64,000 nucleotides of DNA from Alphaproteobacteria bacterium (GTDB taxonomy: Bacteria; Pseudomonadota; Alphaproteobacteria; UBA7887): assembly GCA_965216755.1 (NCBI GenBank), contig CBDCGL010000011.1:2464001-2528000 (forward strand), given 5' to 3'. Shown here one piece after another: positions 51,643 through 62,038 of the stretch (within the stretch, counting starts at the first letter, position 1; every line of letters starts with the position of its first letter). Both the position numbers and the translations under genes were made by a program. The notes under the pieces were generated by a model. That model had not been told where the DNA came from, searched no databases, and worked only from the letters and a program-made list of their open reading frames with translations.

Positions 51643-52003
51643 CCGGTCGGCGAACTTCCTTCGTCAACGGGCCGCCATGGTGCCATCGTTTCGAACCGAC
51701 CACTGTGAACAAGTTCACAGTCATGTAACCGAGGCGCTCATGAATCGATGTTCCGCCGGTAAATTATTTATTATCAATTACTTAATATCTTATCGCGGGT
51801 CGGGCGACGACTTCACGTGCTTAGTCCGTTCGGATCATGACCGACTGCACGCAGAGTCGTAAAAGTCTGATAACTCTGCTGGCGATCTTACCTCCCGACG
51901 CTTGCAGGGCCCGTCCAGAACTTGGGCCGCATGCCCACCTGCGGCCCAAGTTTCATTTTGGGCACGGCAGACGCTGGCCGACCGCCCGCAATCAGCGCCA
52001 AGA

Positions 52004-52423
52004 TCAATCACCAACGTCGTCCATATCGGCTTGACCAGAGATGCGGCGGCGGACATGCGACCATGAAACACCGATCGCCAGCACCGTCGCCAGCACAACC
52101 AAGGCCGCGTATGTAATCGCCGTTGGCTCGGTTAGGCTCAAAACCCCAATGTCGACCAACACCCATATCAGCGCGGCGAAGAAAGCGATCGCCAAGACCA
52201 GGCCGATCGGTCCGATCGAACGCCACGTGGCGCGCAGAAAAATGACATAGAGAATGAGCAAAGCGATGCCGGCAAGTGCCTTTAGCGGCAAATCGCCGGC
52301 ATCGGCATCGGTCACCCAATGGATAAAGGAATGGCCGGTCGGGTTAAATGTCGCGAACACCAGAACCAGAGCCACAACCCACCGCACCATGAACCCCGCC
52401 GACGAAAATCCCGTTCGTGTCAT
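52004..52423 (-). CDS. DUF6524-like four-TM membrane protein
   Basis: ATFNPTGHSF, RATWRSIG, SWSHVRRRISGQADMDD. Confidence 0.75.
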   Translation of the reverse strand: MTRTGFSSAGFMVRWVVALVLVFATFNPTGHSFIHWVTDADAGDLPLKALAGIALLILYVIFLRATWRSIGPIGLVLAIAFFAALIWVLVDIGVLSLTEPTAITYAALVVLATVLAIGVSWSHVRRRISGQADMDDVGD

Positions 52424-52501
52424 TGTCGCTTCTGCGCCCCCCTTGTGAATTCCGTTGGCCGGCCACAATTCATCGCCGTTACGCCGGCATGGGCGGGGCA
52501 A

Positions 52502-53038
52502 TTACCACTGGCGGACGGGCCCCACGTCAATATGAACGAAATTCGATTTTGGGTAGAAACCGACGCCTCCACCCCGCAATGCCAAAGCGGTGTCGCGCAG
52601 ATCGACAAGCGCGCGCCCGGGCAAACGCACATCAACCGCTTGGCCGCGCAGATGATAGCTATCCTTCGCCACACCACTTGTCGTTCGGCGCAGCGCTTCG
52701 TTGGTTTGCACCGACCGATAGCCAGAGATCAGTTCAAATGGGTCTTGAGTTTCCAAGTCTTGCCGAAGAACATAAAGCAAATCCAATAGATTAGGGTCTA
52801 TCGTTTGCGCCTCGCCCGTACGATGGTCGCGCAACACCCAATCGACCACGTCCAAACCCGCCCGCAAATAGCGACCGCCGGCCCAATACACGATGTCCAC
52901 GCGGTCACCTGTGTGCACATTCAAGAACGCGATCGCACGCGACCCCTCGGTGTTGGCCTGGGCCGGCCGCGCCAAAGCCCCGGCCATGCCGAACAAACCA
53001 ACGCCAACAAAAACCCTCCGGTCGAGACCGTGGCCCAT
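52502..53038 (-). CDS. YcbK/MepK-family (peptidase M15, DUF882) murein endopeptidase with Tat signal
   Basis: DRRVF, ISGYRS, SYHLRGQAVD, GGVGFYPKSNFVHID. Confidence 0.92.
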   Translation of the reverse strand: MGHGLDRRVFVGVGLFGMAGALARPAQANTEGSRAIAFLNVHTGDRVDIVYWAGGRYLRAGLDVVDWVLRDHRTGEAQTIDPNLLDLLYVLRQDLETQDPFELISGYRSVQTNEALRRTTSGVAKDSYHLRGQAVDVRLPGRALVDLRDTALALRGGGVGFYPKSNFVHIDVGPVRQW

Positions 53039-53411
53039 GGCACCCTCCCCATCACATTGTGTGACCGCGTTGTGCCGGTCACTGCCCTGTTTGTTGCGCG
53101 CCGCGTCGCCTTATGATGGCAATTTGGCGCCCGCGGCACCATATCGCCGTCACATGAATGTCGGCAAGAGGGCTCACCTGACGTGGCGCTGATTTTGTGA
53201 TCGCGACTTGGGACATTTCGAAACGGCGGCGCGGTGCCAGCCGCCATGTTTTCGAGAGGCAGGGGCTTGTTCGCGCGATGGCGCAACAGCACTAATAATG
53301 AGTTCGGCATATGGGGCGTTCATACTGTATGATTCGTCCGTGATGTTCGCGAAATCGAAACGATCGAAGCACCACGGCTCAGGGGGCGAAGCTTGGCAGG
53401 TCTGCTTGAAA

Positions 53412-54343
53412 TGGTGACACGCGGCGTGTGCTGGGAGTCATTCGCGAATCGCGGCGCGGCGCGATGGTTGGCCGTACCGGTTTTGCTCTTGGGCACGCTG
53501 CCCGCGGTCGCGGCAGGCGCCGATGCCAATGACCTGATCGGCACCATGACGCTATACATCACATCGCAGGAGGAGACCCTGCTGGAGGTGGCTGAGGACA
53601 ACAACCTGGGCTTTCTTGAGCTTGTCGCCGCCAATCAAGGCATAGATCCTTGGCTTCCCGGCGATGGCACGATCGTTTTGCTGCCGACCGCGCATTTGCT
53701 GCCGAGCGATGTTCGCGATGGCATCGTCATCAATCTGGCGGATATGCGGCTCTATTATTTTCCAGAGGGCGCAGCGCCGCGTAGCTATCCCATTGGGATC
53801 GGTCGCGACGGCTGGGACACACCCGTTGGCATCACGGAGATCGTTGCAAAAAGGGAAAATCCAACCTGGGTGCCGACCGCAACGATGCGCGCGGCGCGGC
53901 CCGATCTACCGGACTCGGTGGGACCGGGACCAGACAATCCGCTCGGCCTGCACGCCATGAACATGGGTTGGCCCCACTATGTGATCCACGGCACCAACAA
54001 GCCGCGCGGCATTGGCCGCCGGGTCAGCTCCGGTTGCATACGGCTTTATCCTCAGGATATTGCCGAACTATTCGCCGCGGTCCCGATTGGCACGCCTGTA
54101 ACGGTCGTCAACGAACAAGCAAAGGTCGGCCGTGTGGGCGATGCCCTGTTCCTGGAAGTGCATCCCAATCTGGAACAAGCCGACCGTCTCGAGGAATCCG
54201 GACGGTTCGAGCTTGAGAGTGTGCCCGGCTTGCATAGCCACATAGCCAGCGCCGCCGATGGCATCGCCGCGGCGATCGATTGGCGGCTCGTTCAACGGGC
54301 TATCGACGAACGACGCGGCATTCCCATTCGTATTACCAGATAG
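53412..54343 (+). CDS. L,D-transpeptidase, ErfK/YcfS/YnhG-like
   Basis: ANQGIDPWLP, INLADMRLYY, GPDNPLG, IHGTN...SSGCIR. Confidence 0.93.
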
Positions 54344-54428
54344 GACCCGCGCGAACCGATGGTGCCGCATCTCAAACGCGGCCCGCCGGCCCTTCGATAT
54401 CGATCATCCGATGTCTGTGGGCAAAGCC

Positions 54429-54598
54429 CGCAGCGCGATGTGCGTGTCCTGACGAAACCGAAGTTCGTAAGGTGCCTGGGGTCAGACGTGACGAACTTCG
54501 GTTTCGGGACACGCGCGTCGCGCTGCGCTACCCTTCGTGTGGACCGCCGCGCCGGATCGCAAACAGAATTGATCCAATATTACCGGACACGGCTCTAG
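54429..54598. repeat. Composite palindromic element: internal hairpin fused to a diverged half of the CTAG MITE
   Basis: CGAAACCGAAGTTCGT (54453-54468) and ACGAACTTCGGTTTCG (54491-54506); about 54518-54598 resembles the MITE right arm ending GGCTCTAG. Confidence 0.75.
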
Positions 54599-54939
54599 TT
54601 CTTGCGCAAACCTTCACGATAAATGCGATCGGCGCGTTGGGCTGCGGCCCGGGCTTCCTCCGCGGATGCATCGGCCGCGGCCTGCGCGGCCTGCGCGGCA
54701 GACGACGCGCTGCGCGCTTCGGCAGCGGCGGAGTCGGCCGAAGATTGGGCCGCTTGGGCCGCCTGCAACGCTCGATTGGCCGTGTCGGTATTGCTGTTCA
54801 CCTGACTACGCAAGGCTTCGATTTCGCCGCGCAGGGTCTGTTCCATCGTGTCCATACGCTCAGTGCTGGCGCAACCGGCCACAGCCAAGAGCGGAATCGC
54901 GGTGGCCAAAATCAAAATACGTTTGTTGTGCGCGTACAT
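54595..54939 (-). CDS. Lpp/OprI-like alanine-zipper lipoprotein
   Basis: Lipobox VAG-C, Ala-rich coiled coil, C-terminus AQRADRIYREGLRKN resembling OprI. Confidence 0.8.
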   Translation of the reverse strand: MYAHNKRILILATAIPLLAVAGCASTERMDTMEQTLRGEIEALRSQVNSNTDTANRALQAAQAAQSSADSAAAEARSASSAAQAAQAAADASAEEARAAAQRADRIYREGLRKN

Positions 54940-55127
54940 TGTGTCTCCCTAATACTTCGCCAATGTTGACGATGTTCACTGCGAACAAAACCTAGCGCCG
55001 GCGAATCCAAATCGCAATCATGCGGGAGTCGCGAACAAGGCGCAAACAACAACCAAGACCTTATCACACTGTCAACTATGAAACGCAACCGATAGGATCG
55101 ACATGGCTGCCCCCCCACCGGCCATTT

Positions 55128-55658
55128 TTAAGGCAACAGCTCTATCGGCGTGCCATCGTCGATCATCTGCCAAATCAAATCCATTTCTTCATTCGTGACG
55201 GCAATGCACCCATTGGTCCAGTCGCGGGCAACATGCACGGCGCCCAATGTCTCAAGACCATTCGGCAGCCCGTGAATCATGATTGCCTCGCCGGGGTCGC
55301 GCCCGGCCAACGCCGCGTGACGGGCATCGGCCCGGTTGGGATAGGACACATGTATCGACCGGTAGAAGTCGCTGTCTTCCTTGCGCCAGTCCAGCACATA
55401 ACGTCCTTCGGGCGTTCGTCCATCGCCGCGATACCGCTTGTGCCCCATCGGGTTCGGCCCCAGCGCCACCTGGAACGTCTTCAACGGAAACCCGGCACGA
55501 AACAAGACCATTTCTCGCAAGCTCTTATAAACGACGACCCGATCCGCCTTCGGCAGGCTGCCAAGCCGGGACACCAAAATGTCGTCCGCCAGTGCTGTCG
55601 ACAAGACCACAAACGGGCCAAAAACAAGCAAAAAAAGTGACAGGCTCCGGATCTTCAT
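55128..55658 (-). CDS. YkuD-family protein, YafK/DpaA-like
   Basis: VVYKSLREM, GDGRTPEGRY, VSYPN, IMIHG, DWTNGCIAV. Confidence 0.85.
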   Translation of the reverse strand: MKIRSLSLFLLVFGPFVVLSTALADDILVSRLGSLPKADRVVVYKSLREMVLFRAGFPLKTFQVALGPNPMGHKRYRGDGRTPEGRYVLDWRKEDSDFYRSIHVSYPNRADARHAALAGRDPGEAIMIHGLPNGLETLGAVHVARDWTNGCIAVTNEEMDLIWQMIDDGTPIELLP

Positions 55659-55784
55659 ACCGCACGTCGCCCCGAATCACGTTTCCAGACAATCCGATTA
55701 GCACGTACAGGGTACCTAAGGGCAATCGCGCACAAAAACAATCCGGTTCCGACACATATTCGCCACATCAGCGCGGTCGCCGGT

Positions 55785-56615
55785 TCAACCGGTGACCAGC
55801 AATGAACTTTGATCTTGGTTCAAGATCTCGGCGACCGCCGCGGCGTGATCGGTGTCACGCAACCATTGTTTGCAAACCGCCAAAACACCGCCGGGGGCCG
55901 CATGAAGGGCGTCGGCAACCGCCGCCCAATCGTCGGCGATCGCGCGCAGCTCGATTTCGACGCCAGTTCGTTCGGTATGTGTCGTGGCGGCGCGCCGCGC
56001 CGCCGTCAACAAATCCTCACCACCGGAAACCAACACCGTCACCGCACCATCCACCGCGCGTGCAAACCGCACCGCCACATCCAAAAGCCGATCGCTTTCC
56101 GGCGTATCGGTGAAAAGCGTAAAAATCCGCCGCCGCTGGATCCCGCCACGCGCCAGGCACAGCAAAGCGGACGGCGCCTGTCCAACCAGGCGTGGCGCAT
56201 CCCGCCCCAAAGCCGCGCGGTCAACGACAATAAGATCAGCGTCCCCCGCATGCGCAACCACATCACGACCCAGGCGGCCACGCACGACCCGGGTCGACGC
56301 GGGGACCGCGGATGCGGAGGCCACGGCGACCAACGATCGTTCCAAGTCGGCGATGGCGCGGCGCCAGGCCCGGGCAATCATCTGTTCGTCGATAGCGCGA
56401 CTGATCGGCCCGCATCCGGTGACCTTCGTAAACGGCAACGCCGCCATGTTCATCACATCGATGTCCTCAAGAATCACCGCTTCCAGCTCGGCTGCGAGCT
56501 GCGCGGCCAGACGCGAGGCCCGTTGCACCGCCGCGCGGTCCCGCGCCGCGGCATCGACGGCCAACACGACGCGCTGGAACTGCCGCGTGGCCAAGCGCTC
56601 AACAGGGCCGGTCAT
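55785..56615 (-). CDS. Universal stress protein-like protein
   Basis: RVVLAVD, VVRG, ADLIVV; ATGA overlap with the Lon-like gene. Confidence 0.7.
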   Translation of the reverse strand: MTGPVERLATRQFQRVVLAVDAAARDRAAVQRASRLAAQLAAELEAVILEDIDVMNMAALPFTKVTGCGPISRAIDEQMIARAWRRAIADLERSLVAVASASAVPASTRVVRGRLGRDVVAHAGDADLIVVDRAALGRDAPRLVGQAPSALLCLARGGIQRRRIFTLFTDTPESDRLLDVAVRFARAVDGAVTVLVSGGEDLLTAARRAATTHTERTGVEIELRAIADDWAAVADALHAAPGGVLAVCKQWLRDTDHAAAVAEILNQDQSSLLVTG

Positions 56616-59083
56616 GCGGTCTTCTCGTCGTTGGACTCGACATTTGCCATACGGCCGTAGCGCAACCGCTGTTCAAAAAAGCCGTGCAGGCGGTCGGCGA
56701 CCCGTCGATTGACCGAGCCGTCGGGATAGTGGCCATTCGCGTCGGCCTCACCCGCGGGCGCCCCTGTCAGCACGGCAATACCTTGGTCGATGGTCCGAAT
56801 CGGGAAAACGTGAAACTGCCCGGCCGCCGCCGCGTCCACGACATCCCGGCGCAGCATCAAATGCTTGACGTTGGCCTCAGGTATCAAGACCCCGTGGCTG
56901 CCATCCAGACCGCGGACGCGGCAAAGGTCATAGAATCCTTCGATCTTTTCATTGACACCACCGATAGCTTGCACTTCACCGCGCTGATTGACCGACCCGG
57001 TCACCGCAAGTGATTGCTGAATCGGCAACCCGGACAGCGCCGACAACAGCGCATAGAGCTCAGCCGACGAGGCGCTATCACCGTCGACACCGCCATAGGA
57101 CTGCTCAAAAACCAAGCTTGCTGCGAGTGATAGGGGCTGATCGCTGGCATAGCGCGCGGCCAGAAAGTTGGACAGAATCAAAACGCCCTTCGAATGGAGT
57201 GGCCCGCCCAGTTCGACCTCGCGTTCGATATCGACGACTTGGCCGCGCCCCATGCGCACGCGCGCTGTAATACGGCTCGGCCGACCGAAGGCGAATCCAC
57301 CCATTTGCAAGACCGATAGGCCGTTGATCTGGCCAATCTTGGCACCATCGGTGTCAATCATGATGGTACCGCGCTCGGTTTGTTCCTGCATGCGCTCACG
57401 AATGCGATCAGAACGGTGAATCGCGGCGTCAATCGCACCCTGAATGTCTGCGGTCTCGATCAATTTACTGCCGCGCTGCTCCGCGCCATGGTCGGCTTCC
57501 GCCAACAAATCAACCACCGCGCGCATGCGCGTCGAAAGCTTTTCCGCGTCGCCCGCAAGACGCGCGCTTTCTTCGATGACCAAGCCGACCGCGCCAGCAT
57601 TCAGCGGTCGCAAGCCGGCAGCGCGCGCCTGACTTGCGATTTGACGCGCATACAATTGCGTCGATTCAGCCGACCGCGCCATTTGATCGTCAAAATCAAC
57701 TGCGACTTTAAACAATGTACTAAATTCTGGGTCATACTGCGCCAACAGATAGTACAGCATCGGGTCGCCCAAAAGTATGACCTTGACCCGCAGCGGCACA
57801 TAGGTCGGTTCCAGACTGACCGTGCTGACAACGCTGAATATCTGGCCGAGCGATTCGATACGGATCTCGCTTGATACCAATGCCTGCTTCAAACCTTCCC
57901 AAGCATAGGCTTGGGTGAGGATTTTGCGCGCGTCCAACAGCAGGTAGCCACCGTTGGCCTTGTGCAAGGCGCCTGGTCTAATCAGATTGAAATCCGTCGA
58001 AAGCGCGCCCATCTGCGCCATGTGCTCGATGCGGCCGACCAGGTTTTGGTAGCTCGGGTTGGGTTCGTAAACGACCGGCGCGCCGTTTTCCGGATCGTGC
58101 CCAACCAACAGATTGACCCGGTAGCGTCGCAAGATGCCGTTACTGGCCTGATCGGCACCTTGCGGCCCACTTGCCTGTTGTATAGACGCCCCGTCTTGCG
58201 GCGCCGCCTGCGCATCGTCCGACATGCGAAACGCCATCGCATTGTCGATGATATCGGCTTGTAGCTGGTCCAAATAGGTCGCGACTTCCGCGATGTCACC
58301 GTGGTGCCCGCGCAATTCGTCGATCAAGTGGCCGACCGCAGCGCCCGTGACCTCCCGGTTCAAAGCGCGCATTTTTTCGCGGCCTTCGCGTTGCCATTGG
58401 GGAAATTTCGCGGCCACCGCCTGCAGATCATCCTGAAGTTCGGCGATTTCCTTGGCCACTCGTTCGCGTTCGGACTCAGGCAACTGGGCAAAATCCTTCG
58501 GACCGACCACCTCGCCATCCTTGACCGGTGCAAACCCCATCCCAAGGGGCATGCGGACCAATGCGATGTTGCGTTCTTGCGCGCGTTGCTCAATGTCGCG
58601 CAACGCCGTGTCGTGCCGCTCTTTGACCTCTTCCTCTATGACCTGAGCGCGGGCGCGATATTCATCAGTCTGAAAGGCGGTGCGAATGGCGGCTTTGATT
58701 TCGTCGACCAGCCGTTCCATATCCGCCTGCAGCCGCGTTCCGCGACCGGCCGGTAACGCGATCGCGCGTGGCCGCCGCGGATCCGCAAAGTTATGGACAT
58801 AGACCCAATCGTCCGGCGCCGATTCTTTGGCGGCGCGGGCGTCCAACGTCCGCCGCACCACGTCGCGCATACCGGTCTCCTGTGGCCCAAGCGCAAAGAG
58901 ATTGAAACCCTCATGCTTGATGCTGATCCCGAATCCCAAGGCCTCGACCGCACGGTCTTGCCCGATGACGCTTTCGATCGGTTGCAATTCGTCGGTGGTC
59001 GCAAAGTCGAGCAATGCAGGATCAGGCGCCGTGCGCAATTGCGCGGCGGACAAGGCTGTCGAGATTTCAGGCGCGACGGGCAA
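56612..59083 (-). CDS. Lon-like ATP-dependent protease (S16, LonB/LonC-type)
   Basis: IGQDRA, PGALHKANGGYL, GQINGL, catalytic DGDSAS and GGVNEKIEG; TTG 59083 with GGGAGG RBS. Confidence 0.92.
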   Translation of the reverse strand: MPVAPEISTALSAAQLRTAPDPALLDFATTDELQPIESVIGQDRAVEALGFGISIKHEGFNLFALGPQETGMRDVVRRTLDARAAKESAPDDWVYVHNFADPRRPRAIALPAGRGTRLQADMERLVDEIKAAIRTAFQTDEYRARAQVIEEEVKERHDTALRDIEQRAQERNIALVRMPLGMGFAPVKDGEVVGPKDFAQLPESERERVAKEIAELQDDLQAVAAKFPQWQREGREKMRALNREVTGAAVGHLIDELRGHHGDIAEVATYLDQLQADIIDNAMAFRMSDDAQAAPQDGASIQQASGPQGADQASNGILRRYRVNLLVGHDPENGAPVVYEPNPSYQNLVGRIEHMAQMGALSTDFNLIRPGALHKANGGYLLLDARKILTQAYAWEGLKQALVSSEIRIESLGQIFSVVSTVSLEPTYVPLRVKVILLGDPMLYYLLAQYDPEFSTLFKVAVDFDDQMARSAESTQLYARQIASQARAAGLRPLNAGAVGLVIEESARLAGDAEKLSTRMRAVVDLLAEADHGAEQRGSKLIETADIQGAIDAAIHRSDRIRERMQEQTERGTIMIDTDGAKIGQINGLSVLQMGGFAFGRPSRITARVRMGRGQVVDIEREVELGGPLHSKGVLILSNFLAARYASDQPLSLAASLVFEQSYGGVDGDSASSAELYALLSALSGLPIQQSLAVTGSVNQRGEVQAIGGVNEKIEGFYDLCRVRGLDGSHGVLIPEANVKHLMLRRDVVDAAAAGQFHVFPIRTIDQGIAVLTGAPAGEADANGHYPDGSVNRRVADRLHGFFEQRLRYGRMANVESNDEKTA

Positions 59084-59160
59084 AGCTATGGCCTCCCATG
59101 AGCAAGCCTGCCATAGAAGACGGCGCGGGGTCGCGGTGTCAACCTCAACGCCAAGGTGCG

Positions 59161-59330
59161 CTAGAGCAGTGTCCGACAATATTGAATCAATTCTGTTCGC
59201 GGCCCGGCTTGGCGATCCACGCGAAGGGCGGCGCAGCGCGATGCTGGCGCATCGGGCAAGCCGCCCGACAAAGTGGACACCCGCCGGGCCGCGAACAGAA
59301 TTGATTCAATATTGTCGGACACTGCTCTAG
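59161..59330. mobile_element. 170-bp CTAG-bounded MITE with 48-bp perfect terminal inverted repeats
   Basis: CTAGAGCAGTGTCCGACAATATTGAATCAATTCTGTTCGCGGCCCGGC and its reverse complement; second copy at 63315. Confidence 0.92.
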
Positions 59331-60162
59331 GGCTTGTTGAGATTCATCGAGAATTGATGACCGCGGCGCATGCGTGAATCATGGAACAAAAGTTACGATC
59401 TGTCTTTTCGCAACGCATGGCGACCGCTTTGAATTCCTTGAGCTTCGCAAAGAAGTTTTCGATCAGGTGGCGCCACTTGTAGATCTCCAGATCAATCTTG
59501 AGAGGGGCCAACCTCTGGGGGCGTTGCGAAATGACGATCTGCGCCCCGCGTTCATTCATCTCTTCGATGATCCAGTTGGAATCGAATGCTTTATCGGCCA
59601 GCACTGCGTCGAATTCGATGTCTTCGATTAGCGGCGCAACACCGACCGTATCGTAACGGTTTCCCGCCAGCAGGACAAAGCGTACGAGATTTCCCAAGCC
59701 ATCCGTCAGCGCAAGGATTTTGGTGGTCCAGCCTCCCTTCGACTTGCCGATGGCTTGATTTTGAGTCCCCCTTTTGCGCCGTGTCCGTGGCGGTGGACCG
59801 GAACAATGGTGGCGTCGATCATGGCATATTCCATATCAGGGTCATCCGAGACCGCGGCAAAGAGGCGTTCGAAAACGCCCGCCTTCGACCAATCGTCAAA
59901 CCGCTTGAATACCGTGTTCCACTTGCCGAATTCTTCAGGAAGATCGCGCCAAGGACTGCCCGTCCGCGCCTTCCACAAAACCCCTTCGACAAACAACCGG
60001 TTGTTATCACCACTGCGGCCCGGATCAGTCCGCTTGCCTAAGCAATGCGGCTCCATCTTGGCCCATTGATCGTCTGAAAGTACTGTACGCGTCATCAAAG
60101 CCCCCAAAAGGAAGCTTGAATCACAAATACAACACCATGGGAATCCTAATTCTCAACAAGCC
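59331..60162 (-). mobile_element. IS5-family insertion sequence (about 832 bp)
   Basis: TIR GGCTTGTTGAGA at both ends; CTAG on both flanks (59327-59330, 60163-60166); two-ORF transposase. Confidence 0.93.
59344..60095 (-). CDS. IS5-family transposase, orfA/orfB joined by a -1 frameshift
   Basis: LSDDQW, RTGSPWRDLP, IDAT; slippery AAAAGGGGG near 59767-59775; then SKGGWTTKI, ADKAFD, YKWRHLIENFF. Confidence 0.9.
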
Positions 60163-60978
60163 CTAGTGCGACATTACGATCGGCACGGTCATGTGGCGCA
60201 GCAGATCGCGCGTGACACCGCCCAGCACCAACTCGCGGACTCGCGAATGGCCATAGGCGCCCATGACGATGAGATCCGCGCCCGCATCACTGACCGCATT
60301 GAGCAATTCATCGGCGACGTCAATCTCTGGCGTCAGACTGCGCCGCACGTCGACCTTCAAGCCGTGATGGGCCAAGTGGGTCGCAATATCGGCGCCGGCG
60401 ATATGGTCTTCGTCGGGTGGATTGACCGACTGCACGATCACGGTATCCGCCTTCTGCAAAATGGGTAATGCGTCGTGAACCGCGCGTGTCGCTTCGCGGC
60501 TGCTGTTCCACGCAACCATGACCGTTTTGCCCATGGTCGCTTGCGGCGCGATGCGTGGCACGACCAGTACCGGCCGTCCACACGCCATAACCAGTTCGTC
60601 GGGCAGAGCCCCTTCCCCGGCCTCGACATCTTCATCGGGCTGAGAAACAACGACCAAGTCGGCATACTGGCCGTGCGTCGCCAGAAGTCCAATCGGTTCA
60701 CCTTCGACCCGGCGCCATTCCGCGGTGACACCATGGCGCGCCACGGTCTCGTTGAAAGCGCTCTCAACGTCGCGCGCGCGTTCATAAAATTGGGCACGCG
60801 TTTGGGCGATCAAGTCGCCGCCGATCTGCGCCGCAACGAAACCGGGCAGCTCCGGGTAATGCAACGCATACAAGGCCGTCAACCGGGCCTCGTGGCGTTG
60901 CGCGAGCCCAATGGCGACATCAAGTCGTTGCGCGTTGTGACTGTCTTCACTCGCGTGCACCAAAATATCTTTGATCAC
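60163..60978 (-). CDS. Tandem-domain universal stress protein
   Basis: IKDILVH, GRPVLVVP, AWNSSREA, DLIVMGAYGHSRVRELVLGGVT. Confidence 0.93.
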   Translation of the reverse strand: MIKDILVHASEDSHNAQRLDVAIGLAQRHEARLTALYALHYPELPGFVAAQIGGDLIAQTRAQFYERARDVESAFNETVARHGVTAEWRRVEGEPIGLLATHGQYADLVVVSQPDEDVEAGEGALPDELVMACGRPVLVVPRIAPQATMGKTVMVAWNSSREATRAVHDALPILQKADTVIVQSVNPPDEDHIAGADIATHLAHHGLKVDVRRSLTPEIDVADELLNAVSDAGADLIVMGAYGHSRVRELVLGGVTRDLLRHMTVPIVMSH

Positions 60979-61194
60979 TTCGTCGCCTCCTTGCCGTTGC
61001 ACCCCGCGGCACCAGCAGTCGTTTTGTTTATAGTAAGGTTCTGAGAGGCCTGAAAACCTTCACCTGGATCAAGCGCACGTGTCCGCGGCGCCGGGCTGAA
61101 CGCGCTGGACCTCATTGGATAACGTGATCCGACGTACCATGGGCTGCGAAAGCGCGTATGATGGCGCACCGATTGTCATCGCCGGATTACCGCC

Positions 61195-62025
61195 ATGACC
61201 GACTCACCCACGCCACCGGAATTCCACATCGATTTTGCCGACGACATGAGCTATGGCGACTATTTGCGCCTGGATTCGCTTCTAGCTTGCCAAAGTCCGA
61301 TATCTGACAGTCACGACGAAACACTGTTCATCATCATTCACCAGGCCACCGAACTGTGGTTGAAATTGGTGTTGCACGAACTGACTGCGGCCATGGCCCA
61401 TATCCGCCAGGACGACTTGGGGCCGGCGTTGAAAATGCTGGCCAGAGTCAGCCGCATTCAAGAGCAGTTGGTCCAGTCTTGGTCGGTGTTGTCGACCATG
61501 ACGCCAACCGACTATCTGCGCTTCCGCGACCGGCTCGGTCATGCCTCAGGTTTTCAGTCGCATCAATTCCGCAGCCTGGAGTTCTTGCTCGGCAATCGCG
61601 ATGTCGCCTTGCTGGCGCCGTTCCGTCACAGCCCGCAAATACACGGCGCGCTCGACACGATTCTTTCCGCGCCCAGCCTTTATGACGAATGTCTAAAACT
61701 GCTGGATAGACGTGGTTTTGCGCTCGCACCCCAGGCCGTCGAACGCGATTGGCGGCAGAGCTATACTGTGCAACCGAGCGTGGCGACCGCCTGGTTGGCG
61801 ATCTATCAAGACACCGACCAACATTGGGACCTCTATGAATTGGCCGAAGAATTGGTCGATCTGGAGGATGCATTTCAAACATGGCGGTTCCGCCATTTGA
61901 ACACGGTGGCGCGGATCATCGGTCACAAACGCGGCACGGGCGGCACCACGGGCGTTGACTATTTGCGCCGCGCGCTGGACATTCGAATATTCCCGGAACT
62001 CTGGGACGTGCGTACCGCCCTATGA
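61195..62025 (+). CDS. kynA: Tryptophan 2,3-dioxygenase
   Basis: SYGDYLRLD, HDETLFIIIHQ, SGFQS, WRFRH, KRGTGGT. Confidence 0.95.
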   Translation: MTDSPTPPEFHIDFADDMSYGDYLRLDSLLACQSPISDSHDETLFIIIHQATELWLKLVLHELTAAMAHIRQDDLGPALKMLARVSRIQEQLVQSWSVLSTMTPTDYLRFRDRLGHASGFQSHQFRSLEFLLGNRDVALLAPFRHSPQIHGALDTILSAPSLYDECLKLLDRRGFALAPQAVERDWRQSYTVQPSVATAWLAIYQDTDQHWDLYELAEELVDLEDAFQTWRFRHLNTVARIIGHKRGTGGTTGVDYLRRALDIRIFPELWDVRTAL

Positions 62026-62038
62026 ATGCCATCGGGCG

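Noticed and set aside
59084-59179. N-terminal extension of Lon in the ORF track
   Set aside because: It begins inside the MITE; a GGGAGG RBS supports TTG 59083 instead
59344-60107. Transposase as a frameshifted pseudogene
   Set aside because: The break is at an AAAAGGGGG slippery site typical of programmed -1 frameshifting in two-ORF IS5-family elements, and the TIRs are intact
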